Made by a program: the position numbers and the translations under genes
Assembly: GCA_965198235.1 (NCBI GenBank)
Contig: OZ240248.1
Location: 2,784,001 to 2,848,000, forward strand
Direction: 5' to 3'
DNA: 64,000 nucleotides
From: Candidatus Poribacteria bacterium
GTDB lineage: Bacteria; Poribacteria; WGA-4E; WGA-3G
Shown: piece after piece, positions 1-9,730 of the stretch
Layout: each line of letters opens with the position of its first letter
Numbering within the stretch: position 1 is the stretch's first letter
The notes under the pieces: model-generated
The model's database searches: none
Told to the model about the DNA's origin: nothing
Seen by the model: the letters and a program-made list of their open reading frames with translations, nothing else

Positions 1-130
1 CAGTGAGAATTTTCCAAGATGTCAAGTAAAATACTTTCGCAATCTGGGGAAGTTTACGAGGATCGCGCCAGATTCAACTTTTATGCGGATTGTCCAACCC
101 TACCACTATCACCACCCTCCAATACGATGA

Positions 131-215
131 TGGGCGAGGAGGGACTTGAACCCTCACGAGGCGTAACCCCAATAGATCCTAAGTCTATCCTGTCTACCAA
201 TTCCAGCACCCGCCC
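131..215 (-). tRNA. tRNA-Leu(TAG)
   Basis: Reverse complement folds as a cloverleaf: GGGCGGG acceptor, ATAGA-CT-TAG-GA-TCTAT anticodon arm, long variable arm, GTTCAAGT T-loop. Confidence 0.95.
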
Positions 216-239
216 GAACCCGCTTTATGACACTAAAGA

Positions 240-312
240 TGCGCCGTGAAGGAATCGAACCTTCAACCGCCTGATTAAGAGTCAGATGCTCTGCCGATTG
301 AGCTAACGGCGC
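240..312 (-). tRNA. tRNA-Lys(CTT)
   Basis: GCGCCGTTAGCTCAATCGGCAGAGC...CTGA-CT-CTT-AA-TCAG...GTTCGATTCC. Confidence 0.95.
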
Positions 313-318
313 GCCTGT

Positions 319-362
319 TTCTGCGCAAGCCTCTATAGGAAACCTGCGGGACAATGCGAAGC
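319..362. repeat. 44-bp dispersed repeat; exact reverse-complement copy at 33079-33122
   Basis: TTCTGCGCAAGCCTCTATAGGAAACCTGCGGGACAATGCGAAGC at both sites; partial copy near 28996-29008. Confidence 0.9.
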
Positions 363-388
363 GTTTCTCTATTACCATAGACGCGTTT

Positions 389-424
389 TGTAAGTACCAC
401 TCGCTATGTAAGTACCACTCGCTA
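389..424. repeat. Perfect 18-bp tandem duplication
   Basis: TGTAAGTACCACTCGCTA x2. Confidence 0.9.
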
Positions 425-472
425 ATTGTTAGGTGCGCTTTCAAAGCCGACACACAGCATCCAAAAAATATA

Positions 473-546
473 CGCGCCCGGAGGGATTCGAACCCCCAAC
501 TTATAGTATCTTCGGCTTATTGCTCTATCCATTGAACTACGGACGC
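473..546 (-). pseudogene. tRNA-Arg-like gene with a disrupted anticodon arm
   Basis: Acceptor (GCGTCCG/CGGGCGC), D arm and T arm (GGGGG-TTCGAAT-CCCTC) intact and Arg-like; the anticodon arm ATAAGCCGAAGATACTAT is 18 nt, pairs poorly and lacks U33. Confidence 0.75.
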
Positions 547-554
547 ATATTAAA

Positions 555-627
555 GGTGGATGATGGGATTTGAACCCACGCCCACTTGATCCACAGTCAA
601 GTGCTCTACCCCTGAGCTACATCCACC
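555..627 (-). tRNA. tRNA-His(GTG)
   Basis: Encoded G-1; CTTGA-CT-GTG-GA-TCAAG anticodon arm; GTTCAAATC T-loop. Confidence 0.95.
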
Positions 628-660
628 ATGCTTCGATTCTTCATCGAGCAGTCTGAAAAG

Positions 661-734
<74 letters not shown>

Positions 735-762
735 TCGTACTACAAATTTCGTTCTTTTCTGA

Positions 763-838
<76 letters not shown>

Positions 839-943
839 AAATTCCCTATAATACAAACTTGCCAACAACAAATATGCTGTTAGCAACTACGAGTGCAATA
901 TGTGCTTGAAATTACACCTATATTTCTTCTCGGTGTTGTTTAA

Positions 944-972
944 ATTATACACCATTCTCTCGCGTTTGTCAA
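944..972 (-). promoter_or_regulatory. Sigma70 promoter of the tRNA operon
   Basis: Perfect TTGACA-N17-TATAAT on the minus strand about 105 bp upstream of tRNA-Pro. Confidence 0.85.
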
Positions 973-1260
973 ATTATAATGAAAATTTTTGTCTTTTTTG
1001 GCAACCCATCTCGTCTTGACATACTCTCCCGCTGAAGCAGGGAGTTTTGGCGGGTAAATTAGATAAACATGTCGCATCTCCCCTTTGTCAGTCCGAAAAT
1101 TAACGCAATTTCCAAAAACTAAATCGTTATATCATCCAAAATAACCCATTAAAATCTTTTTACATGAAACTTGTATAAACCTATTTACGATAATTATGTC
1201 AAACACTCCAAATAAACACTTTTTATGACAATAAACACACAAAAAAGTTCAGGAGGAAAC

Positions 1261-2562
1261 ATGCGCTTAATTGAAGGAATATCCATTGGAATCTCCGCGA
1301 TTCGTTCAAATAAGATGCGCTCGCTGCTGACAATGCTCGGCATTGTCATCGGTATCGCAGCCGTGCTGGCGATGATTGCTATCGGTGATGGGGCTAAGCA
1401 AATTGTGATACAAGATGCACAGAAAATGGGTGGTGCAACCCGAATCACACTGTACCAGACATCCTACAAACGGGAAAATAACAGGTGGGTCCGTATCCGT
1501 AGCAACGAATACATGGAATATGGAGATGTATTGGCTATCGAGGCAGAGTGCCCATCTGTGAGTGCTGTCACGCCGAGAATTGCGGATTGGCGAGGTGTCC
1601 TGTTTCAGGGCCCGGGCGGCACTGAAACCCGTGCCGGCTATAACGGTGTAGACGCTAACTATACAACCGCAATGGATTGGGACGTTAAAGAGGGACGCTT
1701 CATTACAGACGAAGATGTCCAAAACGCAACAAAAATCTGTGTCCTCGGAGATGAAATCGCAACCGAACTCTTTGGCAATAAATCACCCTTAGGACAAGAG
1801 ATTAAAATTGCCAGAGATGTCCGATACTACGATCAGTGGGGCAGAAGACGGCGAGGCCGGTTGACCGAGCGCTTCACGGTTGTCGGTACACTCGTACCGA
1901 GAGGGACAAGTTTCCAGTTTGGATGGAGTTACGACAACCTTGCTTTTATCCCTGTATCAACTGTACAAGAGCGTTTCACGGGGGACGATAAGATTCGGAA
2001 TATTATGGTTTTCGCGAATACTGTTGACGTTGTCCCGAAAGCGATCGAAGAGGTGAAAAACATCATCAGAAAGCGGCACAGAAACCAAGACGAATTCGTC
2101 AGAATCTTTGAAATGCGCGCAGGTATGGCACAGTTGCAGAAAATCAGTAAGATGATTAAAATTGCTCTGGGGAGCATCGCGGGTTTCTCACTCCTTGTTG
2201 GGGGCATCGGTATCATGAATATGATGTTAGTCGCCGTCACTGAGCGGACCCGAGAGATCGGACTCAGGAAGGCACTTGGTGCCAAACCTTTAGATATCTT
2301 GGCTCAGTTTCTAATAGAGGCAGTTATAATGTGTGCTGTAGCCGGGGCAATCGGTATCGGATTAGGCATCTTTGCTGGCGAAGGTATGGCAATGATCGCT
2401 GTTAAAATTGCCAAAATTGTTCCCGAATGGCCCTCGGTTGTCTCTATGCAGTGGGTCATAATTTCGGTATCATTCTCCGCAGCGATTGGCATATTCTTTG
2501 GCATGTATCCTGCAATCAAAGCTTCCAGCCTCCCACCGGTCGAAGCACTCCGCAAGGATTAA
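1261..2562 (+). CDS. MacB/FtsX-family ABC transporter permease
   Basis: RSLLTMLGIVIGIAAV N-terminus, GGIGIMNMMLVAVTERTREIGLRKALGA, FFGMYPA...PVEALR; AGGAGG RBS before ATG 1261. Confidence 0.92.
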   Translation: MRLIEGISIGISAIRSNKMRSLLTMLGIVIGIAAVLAMIAIGDGAKQIVIQDAQKMGGATRITLYQTSYKRENNRWVRIRSNEYMEYGDVLAIEAECPSVSAVTPRIADWRGVLFQGPGGTETRAGYNGVDANYTTAMDWDVKEGRFITDEDVQNATKICVLGDEIATELFGNKSPLGQEIKIARDVRYYDQWGRRRRGRLTERFTVVGTLVPRGTSFQFGWSYDNLAFIPVSTVQERFTGDDKIRNIMVFANTVDVVPKAIEEVKNIIRKRHRNQDEFVRIFEMRAGMAQLQKISKMIKIALGSIAGFSLLVGGIGIMNMMLVAVTERTREIGLRKALGAKPLDILAQFLIEAVIMCAVAGAIGIGLGIFAGEGMAMIAVKIAKIVPEWPSVVSMQWVIISVSFSAAIGIFFGMYPAIKASSLPPVEALRKD

Positions 2563-2594
2563 AACACAGTTACCCAGTTAATACCTATCCTCGT

Positions 2595-2627
2595 AGACGC
2601 GCTTTCTAAGCGCGTCTTTTCTTTTTT
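2595..2627 (+). terminator. Rho-independent terminator after the first permease
   Basis: AGACGCGCTT-TCT-AAGCGCGTCT hairpin followed by a T-rich run. Confidence 0.75.
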
Positions 2628-2744
2628 CAACTAATTTCTTTAATCCTTCTCCTCTAAAATTTCCCTCTTTATAGTAAAGCCCGAAAGTATGTGAACATAG
2701 GGATTGGGGACCTCCCTCCTCGCTGGCGAGGTTTCCTTGGGGAG

Positions 2745-2830
2745 ATCCGCAGAAATCCGCAGAAATCCACAGAAATCCGCAGAAACGCCCAAGCAAAAAC
2801 CCCAAGCAAAAACACCCCAAGCAAAAACAC
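2745..2830. repeat. Modular intergenic repeat: (AAATCCGCAG)n + (CCCAAGCAAAAAC)n
   Basis: Same modules at 31161-31330 and, inverted, at 33185-33260; end fragment near 13233-13270. Confidence 0.85.
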
Positions 2831-3154
2831 CTCGCCAACTCTAATGCGTATAGGTAATTATGGGCTTTACTATAATATCTGTTCTCGTAGGCGGGTTTGG
2901 AAAGCTCCTTTGCCCATCGAATCCGAAATCCTATTCACCAACTCCAAAATTCACAACCAACAAACAATAAACCTATTTCACTTAATTGCGTCTAAATCTA
3001 ATAGGATAGTTAACTTCAACAAATGCTATAAGGACTGTGATTTGGAAACCGTTTCTATAAAAAAAGAAATTGCTACGAGAAAAATCGAACTTTATTTACA
3101 CTTTCTTTGTCTAACGCATTAAGGATAGGAGTACTTTTAATTTGGAGGCATGAA

Positions 3155-4459
3155 ATGCGTATAATTGAAGGGGTATCCGTTGGAATTTCCGCAATTCGTA
3201 GCAACAAAATGCGTTCGTTGCTGACGATGCTTGGAATTATTATCGGCGTTGCTTCAGTGCTGGCAATGATAGCTATCGGCGATGGAGCAAAGATGATTGT
3301 GTTACAAGATGCGCAGAAATTGGGTGGTGTAAATCAATTCACGATGTATCGAAGCTCTCACAAGCGGGTCGGAAACCGTTGGATGCCGAATCGCAGCAAC
3401 GAATACTTTGAGTACGAAGATGTATTGGCGATTGAGGCGGAATGTCCATCTGTAAAGTTAGTTGTGCCACGAATTCCAGAATGGCGAGGTGTGCTTGTCC
3501 AAGCCGCCGGCGGAGCAGAACACCGCACAGGTTATAACGGCGTAAATGCCTCGTTCTCGGAAGCAATGGATTGGAATATCCAGCAGGGGCGTTTTATTAC
3601 AAACGAAGATATTGACAATGAGGCAAAGGTTTGCGTACTTGGTGCTGAAGTGACTACTGCCCTGTTCGGGAATAAGTCTCCTTTAGGAAAAGAGATTAAA
3701 ATTGGCAAAGGTCCCGGCGGACGTTTCGATCGATATGGTAGAAAAGACCGGAAGCGGATAACCGAACGTTTCACTGTTATCGGCACAATGGAAACCAGAG
3801 GACGTAGCTTGCGGTTCGGCTGGAATCTGGATGACATGATATTCATCCCGCTCACGACAACACAGGAACGTTTCACCGGTAACGATAGAATTAGGATGCT
3901 CTCAGTTCACGCGAATACTGTTGAAGAGGTCCCGCAAGCAATTGAAGAGGTGAAAGTTGTCCTCCGAAAGATGCATAAAGGTCAAGACGATTTCTTCTCG
4001 ATCTGGGATATGCGGGAAGGCATGGCGCAGTTGGACAAAATCAGTAAAGTTATTAAAATCGCATTGGGAAGTATCGCAGGATTTTCGCTGCTTGTCGGTG
4101 GCATTGGGATTATGAACATGATGCTCGTTGCTGTCACCGAACGCACTCGAGAGATCGGCTTACGAAAAGCGATCGGTGCGAAACGTATGGATATTCTGTT
4201 GCAGTTTTTAATAGAAGCAGTCGCAATGTGTAGTGTCGGAGGTGCACTCGGGGTTCTATTGGGGCTCGTCGCTGGCGAGGGTATGGCAATGCTCGCTGTC
4301 AGCATCGTCAAAATTGTTCCCGAATGGCCCTCGGTTATTTCCACAGAATGGATATTGATTTCGGTATCTTTTTCAGCGATAATCGGTATCTCTTTTGGGC
4401 TCTACCCAGCAATAAAAGCCTCTTCACTCTCACCGATTGAGGCACTCAGGACTGATTAG
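3155..4459 (+). CDS. MacB/FtsX-family ABC transporter permease (close paralogue of 1261-2562)
   Basis: Same motifs, long identical peptide blocks with the first permease; GGAGG RBS before ATG 3155. Confidence 0.92.
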   Translation: MRIIEGVSVGISAIRSNKMRSLLTMLGIIIGVASVLAMIAIGDGAKMIVLQDAQKLGGVNQFTMYRSSHKRVGNRWMPNRSNEYFEYEDVLAIEAECPSVKLVVPRIPEWRGVLVQAAGGAEHRTGYNGVNASFSEAMDWNIQQGRFITNEDIDNEAKVCVLGAEVTTALFGNKSPLGKEIKIGKGPGGRFDRYGRKDRKRITERFTVIGTMETRGRSLRFGWNLDDMIFIPLTTTQERFTGNDRIRMLSVHANTVEEVPQAIEEVKVVLRKMHKGQDDFFSIWDMREGMAQLDKISKVIKIALGSIAGFSLLVGGIGIMNMMLVAVTERTREIGLRKAIGAKRMDILLQFLIEAVAMCSVGGALGVLLGLVAGEGMAMLAVSIVKIVPEWPSVISTEWILISVSFSAIIGISFGLYPAIKASSLSPIEALRTD

Positions 4460-4472
4460 GAGGTAATTCATA

Positions 4473-5789
4473 ATGAATTTGATGGAATGTATTATACTCG
4501 GTATCTCAAATCTGCGGCGAAACCCCCTCCGATCAGCACTGACGATTTTAGGGATCATTGTCGGTGTAGGTTCCGTCGTCAGTATGGTATCCGTCGGCGA
4601 CGGGTCGAGTGCCATGGTTTTGCGGGAGATTGAGCGAACAGGCGGCACGAAAATGATTGAAATCTACAAAGACGCCTGGGACAAACAGTCGGGAACCTTG
4701 AGCCGTGCTGCCGGATCTGCCGTACGTGGAAGAAGCCGATGGCAAAGGAACCGCGCCGAAGATTTGGAAACCGAAGATGCGTTTGCAATTCTTGATAGAG
4801 CCAGAGGGATCGTCAATGTCGTTGCCGAAGATGATATGCCCCGCTGGAGCGTGAGTTACAAAGGCAGAACTAAAGAATCGCGCATCGTTGCCTCAACCGC
4901 TGGGTACGACCGGTCGCACAATTGGTATCCATCAAGCGGTAGGTTTTTCACACCGGAAGAGGTTGAAGCTGCCAGTAGTATTGCCGTTATCGGTCACAAA
5001 ATTAAGGAAGAGGTTTTTCTCGACGAAGATCCGGTTGGAAAAGAGATTAAAGCATCGCGTCCGTCTTACTGGCGTGGTAAACGTGGGCTTTATGAAGTGC
5101 GTCTAAAGGTCATCGGTGTCATGGAAGAAAAAGGTGATGCGATGGACACTTCTGGCTGGGATGACAGGTTCATCATTCCGATAACAACTCTTCAACAACG
5201 TTTTAAGGGCCGGGACGATGTTGAGCGCATTCGCGTAGAAGCAGTCGACGTGGATACAATTCCACTCGCTATAGCTGACTCGAAACGAATCTTAGGAAGA
5301 CAACATAACAACACAGGTGAAGAATATAACTATTGGACAGCTACAGAGGAATTGGCAACTGCCAGAAAAGTAGGTTTAGTAATGAAAGCACTAATGGGAG
5401 GGATCGCTGGCATCGCGCTGATGGTGGCTGGTATCGGCGTGATGAACATTATGCTTGTCTCTGTAACCGACCGGACAAAAGAAATCGGGCTCCGCAAGGC
5501 ACTTGGCGCAACCCGCAACGATATTCTGGCACAGTTTCTGGTTGAAGCAGCCGTGCTAACCCTCTCCGGCGGAATTGTCGGAGCAATCGCCGGGGTCTTC
5601 ATGGGGCAAGGAACAGCCGCCCTCATCTCCAAATTTGTCTGGGAAGGAAGCAACTGGCCCTCAGTGATTTCATTTGGAACGATGGTTATCGCATTGCTCG
5701 TTTCTGTAGCTATCGGCGTTTTCTTCGGGTTGTATCCCGCCAACAAGGCGGCGAAACTTACACCCGTCGAAGCACTTCGGTCCGATTAG
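4473..5789 (+). CDS. MacB/FtsX-family ABC transporter permease
   Basis: RSALTILGIIVGV, GIGVMNIMLVSVTDRTKEIGLRKALGA, FFGLYPA. Confidence 0.92.
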   Translation: MNLMECIILGISNLRRNPLRSALTILGIIVGVGSVVSMVSVGDGSSAMVLREIERTGGTKMIEIYKDAWDKQSGTLSRAAGSAVRGRSRWQRNRAEDLETEDAFAILDRARGIVNVVAEDDMPRWSVSYKGRTKESRIVASTAGYDRSHNWYPSSGRFFTPEEVEAASSIAVIGHKIKEEVFLDEDPVGKEIKASRPSYWRGKRGLYEVRLKVIGVMEEKGDAMDTSGWDDRFIIPITTLQQRFKGRDDVERIRVEAVDVDTIPLAIADSKRILGRQHNNTGEEYNYWTATEELATARKVGLVMKALMGGIAGIALMVAGIGVMNIMLVSVTDRTKEIGLRKALGATRNDILAQFLVEAAVLTLSGGIVGAIAGVFMGQGTAALISKFVWEGSNWPSVISFGTMVIALLVSVAIGVFFGLYPANKAAKLTPVEALRSD

Positions 5790-5798
5790 TCAGAGGAA

Positions 5799-5996
5799 TG
5801 GCTGTCAGCCCTCGGCTGTCAGCACAGACTCTCCCACGCCTACTGATACAAAGCTTTTGAAGAGCGTGGGCGAGTCTGAGAAAGAGAACCTTGTGGCAGA
5901 CACAGAGGTTTTGCAGTCCAAAACCCCCGATGGTTTTCGAGAGCCAATATGTCACAAGTACCTGATAGCCGGCGGCTGATGGCTGACGGCTATTCT
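5799..5996. repeat. Intergenic repeat built from (GCTGA(C/T)GG)-like heptamers
   Basis: Related tracts at about 8004-8090, 29780-29880, 36215-36250 and 61101-61190. Confidence 0.6.
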
Positions 5997-6012
5997 ACAG
6001 GAGGGATTACCC

Positions 6013-7896
6013 TTGAAGAAAGTAATTATTGCTGCCGCCGTTGTTTTGGTTCTCGTCGTTGCAATCGGTTGGGTCGTACTGGGCCGTGGAAGAAATGGGC
6101 AAAACCCAGCTTTAGACCAGAAAATCGAGGTCGTTGAACGCGGCGATTTCCAAATGCGCATCAGTGCAACCGGCAACCTGGAACCGCTCATCGACGTAGA
6201 GATAAAATCCAACGTTGAAGGCGAAATCATTAGACTCCACGTTACAAACGGCGAGAGGGTTGAAAAAAACCAGGTGTTGCTGGAACTCGATCCGGAACTC
6301 TATCAAGAAGGAAAAAAACAGGCGGAAGCGGATGTCAAGGCTGCCAAAGCACAAGTCAGGCAAGCAGAACTAAACATTGAACTCAAAAGTGAACGGCTTG
6401 ACAGCGGACTCACGCGGGCTGACGCAGATTTGAAAATCGCCCAAGCGAATCTTGAGACCGTTCAAGCCACAACGATAACACAAATCAGCCAAGCGAAGAC
6501 AGACATTCAGACTGCGCAGAACTCGCTTGCCCAAGATAACATCGCCCTGGAGCAAGCCCGTATCGCGCTCGAACAGGCAAAAATTACGTTATCTGAACAG
6601 CAAACATTGCTAAAATCTGCCAAGATTTCCCAGGATAACGCAAAATCAGAACTCGATCGGAACACGGAACTCTTTAAAAAAGGGTTGGTTTCCAAAAAGG
6701 CATTGGAAGACGCACACGCTGCGCAGGCAAACGCAGAGGCACAACATGAAAATGCTAAAAAACGGGTTGAATCACAGAACCAGACCATCGTTTCACAAGG
6801 ACGAACCATTACAGTACGAGAGAGTTCCATAGCAACACGTGAAGCAACGTTGGAAAACCAGAAGTTGAACCTTGGCAACCTCATAAAAATGCGACAGAAA
6901 TCAGAGGAGGAGGCACAACTCCGCGTCCAAAATTCTAAGACCCAGTTACAGGAACTGATGCTAACTTTCGACAATGAGAAATCGTTAACGCAGCAATCCA
7001 AAGTGAGTGCTGAAGCGAATCAACTTCGTAGGGAGAGTAGCCTGAAAAACGAAGCAGAACGTCTTGATTGGACCACAATCAGGGCACCAATGGCTGGACT
7101 TGTCACACTCCTTGAATTGGAAGAGGGGGAAATTGTGACTTCTGGACGCTCCGCATTCTCGCAAAGCCCACCCATTATGACTATCGTTGATCCTTCCAAA
7201 ATGGTCGTCAAAACCTTCATCAACGAAGTCGATATGGAACGCCTCCGCTTCGACCAGCGCGCAGAAATCAAGGTAGATGCCTACCAAACAAAAACGTATG
7301 ATGGAAAAGTCTATGAAATTTCACCGAGTGGGCAAGAACAGGATAACATCATCTCATTTGAGGTGATGGTAGAAGTCAATGGTTCCCCGGAGGAACTCCG
7401 CCCCGGCATGAGCGCAGATGTTGACATTATCACCTATGAAGAAAAGGATGTCCTGTTGCTACCGATTGACGGTCTTATAAACGAGCCTTCGGCGACTGTC
7501 ATTGCGCAAGTTGATGATACCAAACCCTACAAGGCAAATCAACCCATTGAAGTCCAGACGATCAGTGAGAAAATTTTTAGAGGTACTGTGACAAATGTTG
7601 GTTCCAACGATGTCACCATTAGCCTCGATGGTTCACAACGCGGTATTCGTCCGGGGCCAACAACTCTGTCGCTTTTGGTAAAAGGTCAAAAGAAAGCCGA
7701 TGGCGTACGTGCTACAATTGAAACGTCGAAGGAAAAATCCGTTATGCTCGATGACGGCGGTGGCAAAGGCACACGTACAGAGGTTGAAACCGGCATGCAG
7801 AACGAAACACACGTGATTGTCAAAAGCGGACTCAAGGCAAGCGACCGCGTTATTCTGCAGCAACGGAAACCACCACAAAATGGATTCGGACGATAA
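6013..7896 (+). CDS. Efflux membrane fusion protein (MacA/HlyD family) with a very long coiled coil
   Basis: N-terminal TM, ISATGNLEP..VEIKS, extended Q/A/E-rich helix, TIRAPMAG, LRPGMSADVDI; GAGG RBS before a TTG start. Confidence 0.9.
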   Translation: MKKVIIAAAVVLVLVVAIGWVVLGRGRNGQNPALDQKIEVVERGDFQMRISATGNLEPLIDVEIKSNVEGEIIRLHVTNGERVEKNQVLLELDPELYQEGKKQAEADVKAAKAQVRQAELNIELKSERLDSGLTRADADLKIAQANLETVQATTITQISQAKTDIQTAQNSLAQDNIALEQARIALEQAKITLSEQQTLLKSAKISQDNAKSELDRNTELFKKGLVSKKALEDAHAAQANAEAQHENAKKRVESQNQTIVSQGRTITVRESSIATREATLENQKLNLGNLIKMRQKSEEEAQLRVQNSKTQLQELMLTFDNEKSLTQQSKVSAEANQLRRESSLKNEAERLDWTTIRAPMAGLVTLLELEEGEIVTSGRSAFSQSPPIMTIVDPSKMVVKTFINEVDMERLRFDQRAEIKVDAYQTKTYDGKVYEISPSGQEQDNIISFEVMVEVNGSPEELRPGMSADVDIITYEEKDVLLLPIDGLINEPSATVIAQVDDTKPYKANQPIEVQTISEKIFRGTVTNVGSNDVTISLDGSQRGIRPGPTTLSLLVKGQKKADGVRATIETSKEKSVMLDDGGGKGTRTEVETGMQNETHVIVKSGLKASDRVILQQRKPPQNGFGR

Positions 7897-8090
7897 CTTT
7901 TTAAACTATTGAATCTGGTCATCGTTCCACTTCGTTTCACGATAGTTTTCGGTTAATTCTAACGGGGATTAGAACGCGAACAGTTATCAAGAAGCTCTGC
8001 AATCAGCTATCGGCTTTCGGCAAAAGAGATTACTCATCCAGTAACCTCTTTACTGACGGCTGACTGCCGATGGCTGACGGTTGACTGCCA

Positions 8091-8891
8091 TTACAACTGA
8101 ATGATTTGTGTATCGTAGGCGAGATAGGCGTTGTCCGGAAGTTCAATATCCATCTCTTCACACTGTTCCGGGAAATACCGATGGTCTAATCGGTGCATAA
8201 TGTGTGTAAAATAGGTCTCCCTCGGTTTTAGGACAGCACTAATTTCCAATGCTTCGCCAACCGACAGATGTGTAGGGTGTCTCGGATTAAAACTCAACGC
8301 ATCAATCACCAGCACCTCAATCCCGGTCAGTAGATCTTGAGACGCTTTCGGTAGTCGTTTCACATCTGGCAGGTATCCGAAGTTATCGATCCGGTAGCCG
8401 TAGGTGTCAACGTTTCCGTGCTCAACCGGAACCGGTGTAATGTCAAAACCGAACAACTCAAATCTCTGGTCCCGATCAACAACATTTGGAAGCAGATGAC
8501 CGACCCCACCCCCTTGGAACGTCTCCTTTGTGAACATATAATCGAAGTTGCGTTGTAAGATGCCAATTGTTTGTTCGGGACCGTAGATAGGCATATCCAT
8601 CTGCTGTTTTCGGCACGGCATCACAATGTCGTTCGTTCCACTGACATGGTCAGCATGCGAGTGTGTGAAGATAACGGCATCTATCCACTCAATCCGATTC
8701 CGAACGATCTGATCCATGAAATTGGGACCGAGGTCGAATTGGAGGTGTTTCCCATCTTTTTCAACATGGGTTGATGAACGGGTCCGATAGTTTTTCGAGT
8801 TGACATCCCGTGCGTCTTCGCAGGTTTCGCAGTCACACTTATACTCAGGAACGCCTGTTGAGGTGCCTGAACCTAAAATCGTAATCTTCAT
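8091..8891 (-). CDS. Metallo-beta-lactamase-fold phosphodiesterase (PhnP-like)
   Basis: LGSGTSTGVP..C.C..C, THSHADH, HPTHLS, THIMH. Confidence 0.88.
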   Translation of the reverse strand: MKITILGSGTSTGVPEYKCDCETCEDARDVNSKNYRTRSSTHVEKDGKHLQFDLGPNFMDQIVRNRIEWIDAVIFTHSHADHVSGTNDIVMPCRKQQMDMPIYGPEQTIGILQRNFDYMFTKETFQGGGVGHLLPNVVDRDQRFELFGFDITPVPVEHGNVDTYGYRIDNFGYLPDVKRLPKASQDLLTGIEVLVIDALSFNPRHPTHLSVGEALEISAVLKPRETYFTHIMHRLDHRYFPEQCEEMDIELPDNAYLAYDTQIIQL

Positions 8892-8960
8892 TTTTTTTAT
8901 TTTTAACTATTAAATCTGTTAACCATCAACTCGTGCTTTAACATTTATAACGGAGTCGAA

Positions 8961-9722
8961 ATGACTAAACTTACGTCCCAAGAATGTCTTGTTCTGGCTG
9001 ATGTCATTGGTGATACACCGACGACGGTTATCTCTGCATCCCGTCTGAAACAGGGAGCGTGCTCGGCTTATGTCGTCGGGACACTGCCGGATGTCACCGC
9101 CGCATTGGTATTTGATGCCTATTGCTCTGATGAACCGTCCGGTTTCGGCACCGATGCTGACGCGCTGTGGCAACTCTTGAAAGCCACTCAGGGATGGGGT
9201 TGTATCGGCGTGAACTCTGCGTGCGCCGAACCCCTTGGTGCACTTATCGAAGCCGATGCCGGCACGTCTGTTCGCTACTACGGTGATGTTTATCACGCAC
9301 TCTTAGAGCCTGTCCACTGTTATCCAAATGAGAACGTTCGCCGTTTGTCATTGGAAGATGTAGAACGTTTGGCGAAGGCTCCCGCGGAAGTCCAAGGAAA
9401 CGGTTACAAAACACACGAAACAATGCTAACAGATGGTATCGCCGCTGGAGCCGTTGTAGATGGCAACATCGTCGCCATCGCACATACCTATGCGGAGACC
9501 GACTTGCATGCTGACATCGGTGTTTCGACAGTCGAGCAGTGGCGTAAAAAAGGATTTGCGACCGCCGCGGCATCCCTTGTTGCACAAGAAATTCAAGCCA
9601 GGGGAAAAGTCCCAGTCTGGAGTTACGGTGAAGGCAATACTGCTTCACTTCGGGTAGCACAAAAATTGGGTTTCACTGAAGTCGCGCAGCGCACCTACGT
9701 CATTCCTGTTTCACCAGAGTAG
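8961..9722 (+). CDS. GNAT-family acetyltransferase
   Basis: C-terminal IGVSTVEQWRKKGFATAA and NTASLRVAQKLGF motifs. Confidence 0.85.
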   Translation: MTKLTSQECLVLADVIGDTPTTVISASRLKQGACSAYVVGTLPDVTAALVFDAYCSDEPSGFGTDADALWQLLKATQGWGCIGVNSACAEPLGALIEADAGTSVRYYGDVYHALLEPVHCYPNENVRRLSLEDVERLAKAPAEVQGNGYKTHETMLTDGIAAGAVVDGNIVAIAHTYAETDLHADIGVSTVEQWRKKGFATAAASLVAQEIQARGKVPVWSYGEGNTASLRVAQKLGFTEVAQRTYVIPVSPE

Positions 9723-9730
9723 AGTTTTGA

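Noticed and set aside
389-424. 18-bp tandem as an att site or operator
   Set aside because: No second copy or integrase linked to it in the window; likely a slippage duplication
2691-3122. 143-aa ORF, and similar ORFs at 30993-31372
   Set aside because: Translations of the modular repeat (EIRRNPQK, KTPSK); no RBS or domain
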